Positions 50,834 to 63,962 of a stretch of DNA of 64,000 bases are shown here, piece by piece (the stretch's first letter is position 1; each line of letters starts with the position of its first letter). Location: the NCBI RefSeq assembly GCF_036321535.1, contig NC_087437.1, positions 109,556,001 through 109,620,000 of the forward strand, read 5' to 3'. Below the pieces are notes generated by a model, which was not told where the DNA came from, made no database searches, and saw only the letters and a program-made list of their open reading frames with translations. Made by a program: the position numbers and the translations under genes. The DNA comes from Camelus dromedarius (Eukaryota).

Positions 50834-53800
50834 TCATTATAGGGACTTGAGTTCCCAAAAATGGAAAATAATATTCCTACTAAGGCTGGTCTATTTTTAG
50901 TCCCTCTTTTTAATATATTCAAGAACTAAAAATCTGACTTCATAGCACATTGAAAATAATTATTAAAATGTGTTGTTGAGAGTTAAGCTAGTCATTTTTA
51001 AGATAAAAGCAAAAATGTGTCAAAAGTTTTAAGACTGTTTTCATTGTCAATTCAATGAACTCTGTATCTTCAAGATTTCTTCCTTTTCTGGAAGGGTATT
51101 GAAGACTGAATGGCCCCAAAGAAAAAGGACTTGAACACTCTACAGTCAAACTGCACTCAGCAAATAAAAGAACTTCAATATGCTTTTTAAAAATATTGTG
51201 TGTGTGGAATCCTATCCGTAACCTACAGACATTAAAGCTGCCAAGACCACACATAAAAATCCAACTATAATAGGTTAAACTTCGTATTTCTTAATGACTC
51301 CTTAAATTGATTTCTAAATAAAGCAATCCAAAATATCTCATAAAAATCTTCCAACATTTATAAATATCAGAGGCTAATAGCAGCAGATTATTTAATCATT
51401 TTGGTCTTCATGTATTCTATTTGACCATTATTTTTTCTTTTATATTGCTTTGTTTCTTTGCAGGTGCTTTGAAAGTAAAAAAACGTGTATCTTTCACCTA
51501 TTCTCTGTTTCCCGAAACAGCCTTATTTATGTGGGAACCAGTGAGGATTTGGGCAAACCTTTCCTTTCATGAAACTGGTGAGAGTTTTGACAATCTGGCT
51601 GCTAGCCTGAATTTTGTGGCACATCTGTAGTTATAAATATAGAATTTCAATTATGTAAATCACCTTGGCAGTGTCTTTTTAAAAGTTAAAAAAGAACACA
51701 GTAGTTTATCCCCTGTACGTTTTAGTAATATTCTTATGATTTAAGTCTGTGCTACCAAAATTAAATTAAAAGCTACATTACACGCCAGTTTTTTTTTTTA
51801 AGAAGGGAGCTTTCTAAAAGCTTTGAGTTTCTTCAAATGAAAAAATAGGCTACTTTATTGTGTTAAAGGTTTAGAAAACAAAGGGAAAAAAATCCTTATC
51901 TCTATCCTGCTCCCTTCTCTATTATAATCTAAGACCTGAACAATAGCATAAGCAATAAGACCAGCAGTTTTACTGTAGAATCACAATTTGACTATAAGCA
52001 GGCTTATTCCTTTTTTCTTATTTTTCTCTTTACAACTTATGTCAGCAGTTACCAGTGCATTATCTACTTGAGAACAGGAATACAACTTCATTTCCTACCA
52101 ATTCTCTTTGAAATTACCTATGCGGAGAGGTGTCCTTCAAATCTAAAACCCTGGCATAGATCCTGGCATACGTTAGACGCCCATAATGTTTGCCGGGTAA
52201 ATTAGAAGCCAAGGAGAATAAAAGGGGGAAAAACAATGGCCAATGAAGGAGTTTTTGTTGTAGTGAACCAACTAGACACTAGCTTCCAGGTCAAGTTTCC
52301 TGGAGTTGCCTGCTGATCCTTGCTTCGTACCTGTGACTACGTGCAAGCTGCATCTGTCTCAGGGAAAACCTCTCTCCTTGCAGTGTCATAGATTTTTAAC
52401 AAGTATTGAAGGCCATCCCAAAGGACACTCTTTGCATTTTCAAAATCGATTTAGAAATCATCAGGTTTTCTGTAAGGAAAGCAAATTACAGTACAGCGAC
52501 CTCCTCTGGCAGGAGACCTTTGTAGGTCTTACTGTGGATGGTTCTGAATCCGTCAGTGTTAGTAACATCCTCTCATAACGTGGGTCATGGGCACAGGCCT
52601 CTAGTCCTTCCATTTTGTAACTGTTATTGTTTTTGTTTTTCCTTTTCCTTTGTATTTCTTGACTTCAGCCTAATTCACATTCTGCCCACTCTGTTCTGTT
52701 GCTGCATGAATGCCTTGCCTTCCACTGGCTGATGACTTTTCTGTTCCTTGACCCTGCAGAAACACTTTACTGCCTTTTTGCTACAAAGCAGGACAGGATA
52801 ATATATCTCAGTCAAAATATCTCATTTCTCTCTGTGAGTGTATCTGAAAATTCATGTTTCCATCAACAGTTGCTGAAACACCCACTTGGAGAAATGCTGA
52901 AAATGTCCTCACCAGGAACACACTGGTGGCTCCAACTGTGCCCTCCCTTTCAGATGTCTGGTTCACCGTGGAGTGCTTCAAGGCCAAGAGGATGCCGGGT
53001 CCCCAAATGTTTCCTAATCAGGTCATCTTTGACACACCCTCCAAGAAACTCCTTGGATTGCCCCTGAATTGTGACAACAACTAAATCAATCATTTGCTAC
53101 TGAGCAACTTACATAACTAATTTAGACACATAAAGCAGTGTTGTTAATGATAATAAAATGCTTTTAAAGCTAAGAAATCAGATAATCAGCCTAGAAATAA
53201 ATCATCTTTTGCATATACAATATATAGTTTTCTCCCAAACCCTGATATCAAGGATTCTTAATTCATGTCATAAAACATAATTAAAATTAAAAGGAAACAG
53301 ATTATTTTATCAGTTTTAACAAGTACATCATTTCCTTTAACTGTGCTTTATGGTTTTTTTTTTTTTTTTGAAGTGGCAAATGTACTTTTGATCTTATGTC
53401 ATCAAAAAACATCTTTAATTTTACATTTTAAAGAAATATGCCAGTGATTTTGCTAATTATTGTTCTTTTTCTCCTTCAGATTATAAAATTGTTTAAAGTT
53501 AATTAACCATTCTTCCTTACTTGAAGTGAAAAACTGTGATGCTTAGAACATTCTCAATTGTGTTTGAAATCATTTCTTGAATCAAAATATAAAATTATGT
53601 TTTCATAAATTCCCTGAAGGAAAATATTAAGCACTACTCCAGTGTTTAAAAAACTTTTTGATCAAAATTCATTTATGTCTGTTTTTAGTTTAAAGTGATC
53701 TTTTTTATGAAATAAAGTTACTTTTTAATCATTTTAGTGATAGGCATTGGAAAATAAATAACACTATGAAATACTTCAGAAGAGTATGACTATTGATATG

Positions 53801-55429
53801 CTCCATCCAAGAATAATGAAATCTTGGTGCTAAACCAAAACCACTCAATATCCACTACATGATGTCTCTTAGTAGGTAATAGATTTCTTTCCAAGGTCTG
53901 CTAATGCCTAAAAAATCTTAGCTTCATATGAACCTATGGAGATACAGTTCTATGTCAAATTATTTTAATTGATAATATTTACATTTTGATCTTCAGTTCT
54001 ATCCCTTTTGTATCTTCCAGAGAGATCAATAATTGAAAAATGAAATAGCTCTAATGTGTGAACTCACACTCTACATTGGACTGTCTCTCTATGAAACAGG
54101 AAGGTTTTAGCCAAAATCATCCCAAGGTCTTTAAATGGGCATGCAGGCCAAAGACGACCAATTCTCTGCAGCTTGAACTGCCCACCACTGCCCAACATGA
54201 CACGAACGCTCTGCCTCCGGCCTGCTTCAGTCCTTGAGGCTGACTGTGGCCTGAAAATGGATTAATAATCAAGAAAGTGACATTTCATATAATAGTTATC
54301 AAGCAACAGACTCTGGGCTGAGCTCTTTCTGTAGATTATTTTTAATTCTCCCAATAATCGAAATGAAGTAGATAGACGTCATTCCGTTTTAGAAATGGAG
54401 AAACTCGGTTTTGGAAAACTAAAGTCCTGGCCCCAAATCATCCAGCTCTTAAGTGCACAAGCCATTATCTGATTCCAGAGTCTGCTCTTAAAATAGCAAA
54501 TGGGAGTCCTAGCTCCACTTTGGGGGAATCGCTGCTGTGGGCTCTCAACTGGATGGGAAATACTTAGTTGTCTCAGCTCTGAGAAGTGCGAACCTGTCTT
54601 GTTCCTTCATCTTCTTCCAAGACCTTGTCTTGTGTTGTCCTGTCTTGACCTTCTGCACAGAGCCAAGTGGCCTCCAGAGAGATGTCCTGGATGTTCCCTC
54701 TCTGCCAGCCCCTCAGAACATCATGATGTCACGCACTTACAGTTCTCCATTTGCTTATCCCTGCGTATCAGCACAACATAGGAGCACAAGCTTTGCGGTA
54801 CTATGTTTTCTGAGCCTGTATCACTTAAGTCCTGTTCCCTGATTGCCCAAATGGATTTACTTTTACTCTCGACTCAGTCTGCCTCACTCCAATCATTCTA
54901 ATTGCCCAAACTATAAAGCTAAATATTACCATAACTTATGAGAACAACTCTAACTGACTGTTATAATTAATTTTTGTGTGCAATCAAGTTGACTATGGAA
55001 AAAAGTAATAAAAATTTAGTAGTGATTATACAAAAGGATAATAACAATTACACCATTGTCCAGGTCCTCTTTATACATTGTGAGATGGAACTCACCACCT
55101 CTGTTATTTCCCTGATAACCGCCTTTTACTGATTTCACAATTTAACAAATAGTTATTGAGCCTTTTCTTATTGTCAGGGACTGTCTTAAATGCCAGAGGT
55201 ATATAAGTGAACAACAGAACAAGACCCAGTCTTCAAGTATGTAACATTTCATTTGAGTATGGGGTGGGGACTGAGGACTGGTGGCTGTACATAAGTAACA
55301 AACGAAAATATTGGATAATAATAAGTTCCATACAAAAGGTTAAAGTGGAGAGATGTTATAGAGAATGACTATTTTAGTTTGGTGGTTTGAAAAAGCTCTT
55401 TCTGGAGAAGTCAGATTTAAGCTGATTTC

Positions 55430-55576
55430 CATGGGGAAGGTATAGCTCAAGTGGTAGAGTGCATGCTTTGCATGCACAAGGTCCTGGGTTCAATCCCCAG
55501 TACCTCCTCCAAATATAAATAAATAAATTCAATTACCTCCCCCTCATTAAAAAAAAAAAAAAAGAGAGAGAGAGAG
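55430..55576 (+). mobile_element. Camelid SINE (Vic-1-like), full length, inserted in an L2 fragment
   Basis: GGGGAAGGTATAGCTCAAGTGGTAGAGTGCATGCTTTGCATGCACAAGGTCCTGGGTTCAATCCCCAGTACCTCC plus an A/(GA)n tail. TSD AGATTTAAGCTGATTTC (55413-55429) / AGATTTAAGCTGGTTTC (55577-55593). Confidence 0.92.
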
Positions 55577-56731
55577 AGATTTAAGCTGGTTTCTGAATGA
55601 CAAAAAGAAGCCAATTGTACAATCCAGGCATCTCAGTGCCATATGTGCAACTGGAGTTTTATCAAGAATATTAGTGAGTCAGCAAAGAGTTCTGAACAGG
55701 CATCTTAAACTCTGCATAAAATACCTGTGAAAATAAAATTTCTTGTGGGAAATCCATGGATGATGTCATCAAACCTACCTCCTTCCTGACTATGATGATT
55801 CAGAGTTGTTTTGCCAGACTCGGTGATGTTAAATTATAGATTATCTGTGTAGGATGCTGTATGTAACTGTTAATGAAATAATGTAAGGAACAAATGCATT
55901 AAAAAAGAAAGTGTGTGCCTATTATGTGTTTTTTAAACCACATCACTTAAGACTGTGTTGGTAGATGTGACCATTATTTTTTATTTGACAGCAAGACCTA
56001 CTTCCAGATTTAGGTTCCTCTCTCTCCTCTTAGTCCTGCTACATTTGGGTCATACCTGCCTTATTCAGTGATATGATCCAGATCGTGAGTACTCAGGTAT
56101 AGACAATAAGATCTTTTACAAAAATAAATTCTAATTATCTTAGACTTATATAATTAAAATATTATTTGTGGCTTTTATTTGGAAAAGGTTCTTTTTCTTT
56201 TTAAGTTTGGTAATAATAATGTTTTACCATTTCTGTGTCAAAAAAATTACAAAGAAAGTTCACAACTTGCTGAATACTTTACAATTAAAGGATCACAACA
56301 CTGGAAAACACTCTCTGTTTTTAGGTAAATGAGTATCTAGAGCATTTGATGTCTTTTCCTTGTTGAGAGTTTCAAAGGAAGCCGACTCCAGAGATTGGAT
56401 GGAAGAGACTCTTACTATTTTCTCAGCTGAAAGATAAGAAATCGTCTTTTTGTCAAGCTTAAATCTCTTTTTATGTCCATCTGTTGGGGTCTTCTGGGAA
56501 TTAACCACAAGTTGTCATCAAGTAATTTCTGAAAGCTCAGGAATAATTAAAAGTGATTGAAATAATTAAATTTTATTTCTCTGGGTCAAAAAATATGTTT
56601 TTCCATTTACTCAGAATTTTTTGTCTGAATTTATATAGAATGTATACACTTGTGCTCCAAAAGGATATGACATGACATACACGATTAAACATAGTATAAC
56701 TAAAGAAATGAAAATAAATAAGAAGACCAAT

Positions 56732-58480
56732 GACTTCTACTTCTGCCATGACAGAGTGACTGGTAATTGACATGCCCTCCTGCTGAAAAACGACTACAAA
56801 TTGGACAAAATGTATGAAACCACTATTTTCAGATACTCATCAATAAGCAATGCAGGACTATGACCCTGAGAAGAGAGTAACAAACCAGGTAAGCCCTACA
56901 AACACCCTGACTTTTTGCCTGGAAGCACGCTTCGGTTCACAGAGCAAGAAGGGGAACTCAAACAAAACACGGATTCTAGGGCAATAAGACAGAAATTACC
57001 GTGTGGGGGTCTGAAAGAGCTGGGATTTGTCCAGCAGAGTACAGAGGGAGCTACATGGAAATAACGCTCCAGACACCTGCATAAGGGTGTCTTTAAGTGT
57101 GCTGCTGAATATTAACCCACATGTGTAGAGGGAAACTCCATGAGACCAGACAGAAAACTACCAGAGACGGCAAGTGGGATCAGTCCTAGCGTTTATACAA
57201 CACCAAGTGATGTGAGTTCTAATTAACTGGAGTGGAGTGACCGTGTTTGATCACCAAGGTTATTTAGTCAAGGTCCCAGAAACATTTTGGTAGTAACAGC
57301 CTTGAAGTAGAGAATATTTTAGCTCTACCCTAACACAGCTTAAAAACAAGTTTTAAAATGATCAAGATGAACATCAAGTAATTTAACTGAGCCAAAATAA
57401 AATTCAACATTCTTTAAAGGAAGAAAGCAAAAACCAGACACTCATTTATTTAACATATATCATCTTGAGAGTTGAATAAAAATTGCCAGGGGAAAAAAAA
57501 AAAAAAAACAGAAAAATATAACTCACAGCCAGGTGAAAAATTAGTCAGTTGAAAGATTCCTAGAAATGGCAGAGATGATGAGACTACCGAGTAAGAACAG
57601 GAAAACCGCCAAGAATTTAAAGGAAGACGTGAACACAATAAAGAGCAAAGTGTTGTTTAAAAAGGAAGAAGGATCAAATGAAATTTCTAAAGGAGAAAGT
57701 TACCATATCTAAAATGAAAGTTTGTCCTGGGTGAGATTAACAGCAGATTAGAGAGTGCAGAAAGAAAGATCAGTGAGCTTTTCAATCACAGAAAAACTAG
57801 CAAAACCAAGCACATGGAGGAAAAAAGACAGAAAAACAGTTTAGTAGAGCTTTAGTCATGTAACCTGTGGGATAAAAAATAAGAGTCCCATAGAGTACAA
57901 ATATTTAAAGAAATAATAGCCATATTTCCTTTTCTTTTCTTTCTTTCTTTTTTTTTTTTAACAAATCTGGAAACTCACAGAACCAAGATCAATGAACCCA
58001 AGCAAAGACAAAGAAAATCATGCCAAGGCATATCACCAAATTTCTGAAAACCAGTAATAAAGAAAAATTATAAAAGAAAGCCAAAGGAAAAAACTCATTA
58101 TCTATAGGGAAATACATTTAAGAATTACCACAAACATTTCATTTGAAAAAAAAAAATGAAAGCAGTATGGATGAAATTTAAAAATGTGATTCTAAGCAAA
58201 AGAACTCAGACACAAAGAAACATATGGTATATTTCCATGTACCTGACATTCGAGAATAGCAAAAGTAAATTCTGGTGACAGAAAACAGATTCATCTTTGC
58301 CCCTGAGGTAGGACAATAGAAAATAAAATACACAAATCAAATTTCTGCGGTCACGTTGGTGTTCTGTATCTTGTCTGTAATCACATAGTTGTATATATTT
58401 GTCAGGAAAATATCAACATGTACACTTAAAATGGGTACATTTTATTGTACTAAAATTATTCCTTAACAAACTAATTTCAG
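56732..58480 (+). mobile_element. Old L1 remnants: 5' UTR/ORF1 region (to about 58145) followed by an L1ME-like 3' end
   Basis: A-rich ORF1-like segments (GATTAACAGCAGATTAGA...GAAAGATCAGTGAGCTT; CCAAGGCATATCA...CTGAAAACCAG), then ATGGATGAA...AAAAGAACTCAGACACAAAG...GTACACTTAAAATGGGTACATTTTATTGTA. Confidence 0.75.
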
Positions 58481-60183
58481 AAACAAAAGCAGAATAGAGG
58501 TCATCTTAAAAAGAACAGGGATAGATGTAAACATGTGCTTGACTTGAGCCGATTAACACAACTGGTCATTAAATTTGGTTATGATTCTTTTGGAAGCCAA
58601 GGTAAGAGAGAACACATAGACTTAAATTGTTTCCTTTGTCTGACAACAGAAATCATGGAGATTAATTACTGAGACACAGGTTTGTTTGTTTGGTTGTTTC
58701 CTCAGTAAACCAACCAAAGGAAGGAAGATGGTGGAAATTTTTGGTAATATAATGACTAATGTTTTCAATACTGGTTTTAGCAAATATGCAAATACTGTTC
58801 AAATAAATAATGCATGAAGCAAACATCTTTATACAAGGTACAAAGCATTTTGCAGCATTGGAGACAATGCTGCTCAAGAACATTTTGACTTCTATTTATC
58901 TTCTGTAATCATTAATGGGTTTCATAGGATCTAGGAGAATACATAGTTAATATGGCCATAGACAAACTTCTCAATATCTGATTTCAAGATGATAATTAAT
59001 TACTAATTAAATGTTTTGAGAAGAGTTTTTAGAATAGATATTCTGAATTGTTGGCTGAAGAGAAAACCATACACTTTAAACACCACATATATGGGCAGCA
59101 AATTTGTATCCTATGTGAACTTTAAAAACTGAGCTTATATTTTCACAAAACCAGAAAGCTATCACCCTTAAACCAAATGTAGACATAGAAGTAATCAGTA
59201 CTGATTCTTTTTTTTTTTTTCTGAAAAAGAAAAAAGAAGCTTTGGTTTGTCTCAATGTTTTAAATCAAATTGGTTAATATCCCAGTGTTCTGTACCATGT
59301 GATTGGAACAGAAAATTATCTATTTTTTAAACTCTTGACATCTCTATATGCTCCCAAAGACTTGAAATTTACTGTCCTTTTATAAAGAGATTGAGAAAAA
59401 ATTTTAATTTAAAAAATAAAATGAGGTTTTAAGTGCTAGCCAAGGTGGAATAATTCCACAAGAGCCTATCTCTTCCACAGATTACAGATAAAACTCAGGA
59501 CATAAGACATGGAAGCAGGTTATCAAACCAAAAAAGGATCCCTTAATACTGGGCTCTTTGGATAATTTTTATAGGAAAGATTCTAGAATAGCCAAGCTTA
59601 TTAACTTTATTTTCTGTCACACAGTTTTCCTTCTGAACCAATGGTCCATTGCATCTCTGATGACACTCAGGCTTTTAGACTTCATCCTAATTCAAATTAG
59701 TATGCATAGCATATACTAAAAAAATGCTAAATAAATTGATTTAAAAATTAGCATTTTAAACATTCAAAACAGCTTGAAAGGCACTTTGCTGAAAAACAAT
59801 TATCTAATTTATTTCACACCTAAGTATTAATTATTTTTATATTCTGCAATGTTAATATTGTCTAAATCTGTCAGTCTCCAGTGGAACATCAAGTTAAATT
59901 TTGACTTTTATTCATTTGTGATTTTCTTCTTTAAAAAAGAAATAGTTTCTTTGTCTCTTAGTAACTTATCAAAATGAGAGTGTTGAATTGTCTCAGGACA
60001 TTTCTTTAATCACTAGAGAAAAATGCCCAGAACTCATTTTATCACTTCCTACATAATGTCTTAATATTTATTTCTAAGGCTAATACTATTTCTGACATGA
60101 CCCTGTGATTAATCAAATGTTTAATAGAAATAGATCCTGTTTCTTTGAATTTCATATTAGCCTCATGTTAATGTGACTTAATA

Positions 60184-60689
60184 CAGGCAGACCTCGGAAG
60201 TATTGTGGGTTGGATTCCAGGACCCTGCGATAAAGGTGTGACCCTTCCTTTCACTTCAACACTTAGAGGCCCTTGTAGTCTTAATTGGCCTAATTTCAAT
60301 ATGGTTGTGTCTCAGGGAATAAGGAAGCACAAGGAGAGGGAGAGAGATGGGGGAACCATCAGTCGGAGGAGCAGTCAGAACACACACAACGTTTATTGAT
60401 AAAGTCTGTCTTCTTATATAAGCATGGTTCATGGCACAGCCCCCCAAACAATTGCAGTAATAAAATTAAAGATCACTGACCACAGACCACCATGACAAAT
60501 GTGATAATAATGATGAAGTTTAAAACATGGAGAGAATTACCAAAATGTGACACAGAGACATGAAGTAAGCAAATGCTATTGGAAAAGTGGTACCGGTAGA
60601 ATGGCTCTTGACACAGAGTCGCCACAAAACTTCAGCTGGTAAACAACACAATGCAATAAAGCAAAGCACAATAAAATGAGGTCTGCCTG
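60184..60689 (-). mobile_element. Internally deleted Tigger1 derivative (Tigger1a_Art-like MITE)
   Basis: Perfect 12-bp terminal inverted repeats CAGGCAGACCTC (60184-60195) / GAGGTCTGCCTG (60678-60689), flanked by TA and CA (decayed TA TSD). Internal sequence matches both Tigger1 ends. Confidence 0.88.
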
Positions 60690-60699
60690 CACGGAGTAG

Positions 60700-61085
60700 T
60701 AAAAGTCTGTAGTTGGCTTGTTTGTGGGAGGTGTCAAGTTTGAACAAAACTCCCTGGTCTGTTTTGTCAGATTATACCAGGAATGTCGAAGGGGGAGCCG
60801 TCATCTTCCTGTCCCATTTTAGTTGTTTCCTTCAGGCTCCAAAGGCCAGGAATGTTTCACACTCACATCTTGAGAAACTCATCAAAAGAATTGATGACAC
60901 TGTAATAAATAGGCTTCAAAACACCATCAGCAGCAACAAAAAAAAGTGGTTCATGAAAAGCCAACTGTTAGCTAGGCTTTGCACATGGCTCTAATAGCCT
61001 TTGCTTTTAATACAAGTAATGTGCATTAGTGTGACTGTCTTTACAGAGACTTGAAGCCGTTCCTCTCCCAAAAAGAATGCATTCC
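60700..61085 (+). mobile_element. Putative decayed Gypsy/Ginger-type integrase fragment
   Basis: CGRCQV (60723-60740), then after one frameshift the open frame TPWSVLSDY...AVIFLSHFS...NVSHSHLEKLI...LQNTISSNKKKWFMKSQLLARLCTWL. This follows the order of integrase-core motifs. Manual matching only. Confidence 0.45.
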
Positions 61086-63962
61086 AAGGCAAGCAGCTAA
61101 TTAGTTTTCATACGGCAACCAAAGGAGCCAAGGAGATTGAGCAGTAACTTCAGTTTCTTTCTCTGGAAGGCTAACTTGATGAGAATTGGAGATGAGTGGA
61201 GACTTCGACTTTGTCAGCTAAAATTAATTCATACTGCAAGGGGAAAGTATTTGGATGGTATCTGGAATTGCTTGAAACAAATACAGGAACACTGAAACAC
61301 TTAATGAGGAACTTTTGTCAGGAAGCAGTTAGCAATTTTATACTGATTCCTCTCTTTACTGTTTTTTGGTTTTGTTTTTTCTTTTAAGCCTCTAGAAATT
61401 TCTTGTATTTACTTGGCTTGGCAAGACTGTGTGGCTGAAGTAATCTGTATTTTCTTCGCGTGTACCTTACTGGGAAGGTGAAGGAGGAGAAGGAAAGGGA
61501 GAGGGTAAGTGAAATATGCAAGATTATGATACCACAATTTACACAATAAAAAGTTTCATCAAATGAATAAAACTCCCTTTCTTTACAGATACAGGGACAT
61601 AACTATTTAATAAGGCTCTTCAAATGCAGAGGCTGAGGTAATTTAAGCAAAGTAGCACGGGTTGCATAATTAATGTGACTATTCTGGCCTCGAAAACAGT
61701 ATTTTTATTATAAAAGCTCCTTTTCTTTCTCCAGTTTTAGAGATATTTCCCACATTCAGTACAGTGCTTCACATTGAACTTGGGGTAAATGGACTCATCA
61801 AGACTGGAATGATTTTATTTGGAAGGTTGTTTATATTTTTAGGCAACCCTTAGGAATACCTAATGAGTAGGGTAATGGATATTAAGATAAAGGAGATGAA
61901 TCCCAGTTTAGTCCTTTATTTTTATTGGGGTCTGTAACCATATGGGCCATCAACTGAAGAATGAACACTTTCACAGCAAACAGATTGCTGTATATATTGG
62001 ATACAACAGAATTTTAAACAACAATCCTAAGTTTTGTCCTTCAGCCAAGTAAAAACAAACATGATGCGTTCTCTCACTAAATTTCTTTAATTCTTTTTGA
62101 CCTCAGTACATAACAAAATTGCTTTCCCTTAAAAGAAGAGGCAGCAATGAAAACTCTGTAATGAACCTGACTTTTAGGATACTTGTTGGGCTATGTGGAG
62201 CAGGTGAGGATGGGGGAATGACAAGCTCTCGTGGACAAAAGTAGTGAGGTTAAAGTGAAAGGTTAGAGCCCACCTAGAGAATTTACATACCTTCCCTTGT
62301 TTTTTCTCCATCAAAGGCATGAAGGTGATGCTATGCACCATTCCACTGTCCCGAGGAGGAGAAGTAACACATACTAGGCAGGGAGCTTGAAATAGCTTGG
62401 CCAACCAGCAGCCAGTGTGCAAAGAACACTCTGACAACCACACAGCTACTTTGTATCCCTTAGATTAGATCATTGTGTTGCCAGAGGATCAGTGGGGGTT
62501 CTAGAATTTTTTTCCATAGGGGAATTTCAGGCATGACAATCTGGTTTGAGAGGTGACTAAAATAAAAGCATTACTTTGAAGCTGCATACAATTTTTACTT
62601 TGAGTTTATGCTCGTTTGGCATCGCCTTTGGTGGCTGGAGTAATGCACGTTAGAGGTTATACCTGAAAGCGAAATTTACAGACGGAGAGCAAGCATTTAT
62701 TTAGAAAGTGGATCTTAGCTGGGTAGGCTTGTGTTGGACGTTTGCTTTCATCTTGCCATCCAGGCTAGTCCTTGGCGATGTCACTGAGGTGAGTGTACCT
62801 TTTCTCTGTACCTCACTCTCAGGAGTTCATGTTGAGTTAGCTTAGTGCTCGCACAATTCCGATTTCCATCTTTGCTCTCCTATCACTAAATAATAAGCCA
62901 TATCGCCATCTGTGCTGTTAAATACCTTTACAGTGGTTTAGTCCTTTTTGAAATACCCCTGGGAGATAGTCAATTGTTACCACTTTTATTTATCCAGTAA
63001 GGAAACAGAGGCACAGTGAAAATGAATGTTCTGTCCAAAGACCTAATACTCACAAGCCTAAAGCTGAGCCTACTAAATTGAATTAATTTCATCCTTGAGA
63101 ATAAATTATGTATTTCTTCCAAAGGGACTTTTAAAAGAAGTAAACATTTATCACTTATTTATAGTTATGAAAAACTTAAAATTACTTTATAGAAATGATG
63201 TGTCTTTATTACTCTCCCTACAATAAACTTCAGCTCTTATTAATGTAAATAGCTAGGAAGGAAACTTTACAAAGTCTAAAATATTTAAATGTTATTCAAC
63301 AAAGCAATACAGTCGTGAATGCGCAAGGAAAAGTTAGTTTTACTGTGAGGACATGTATGTTGATAACAGATCTTCCTGTTAGGAAATTCTCATTAGGATT
63401 ACTTCAAGGTAAGGTTTCCTTTTCGACACTTTAATTTCTTCAAGGCTGAAGGATTTATATTACATTTAAGGGAAAGGTCTGTGATATGGTGGTTATCACT
63501 GGACCATAGCATCAGAATACTTTTGTCTGCTTTATGGACTTCAATTACTTTAATTTAAACTTCGGAGGTGAGGCGCCTAATGCTATCATCACTGAGATGT
63601 TGGTAGAAAGCTCCCTAATCAGTGACATACATTAAAAGCAAGTGAACTTACATCCTTTAAGCATGTTTTGACCTGCCTGCCATATCGGTAATAACCTTCT
63701 TTATGTAATACAATCACACCCTTGGAGGGCTCGTGAACTTCGATTGCAATCAAAATGGCACTTGTAAAATGCCTTGAAGAAGGATGTGTTTCCTTTGGAT
63801 TCTGGCTCAATCTGAGCCATATCACCAGTCTGGTCCATCTAGTCATGTCTCAGAGTTGAGAGGTTTACAATGGTTTATGATGGTAAACGTCAACAATAGT
63901 GTATTGCAGGGATCAAAAAGAAATTTGTCAATGTTATGTGATCACTTCATGCAGTTTTAAAG

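Noticed and set aside
52306..52435. LSQGK peptide shared with the 39675 ORF, suggesting a longer second pol copy
   Set aside because: This DNA looks like a MIR remnant, so the match is probably coincidental.
55433..55507. tRNA-like sequence with A and B boxes (also at about 10133, 20360 and 22095)
   Set aside because: Each copy has the same SINE body, an A-rich tail and a TSD, so these are SINEs rather than tRNA genes.
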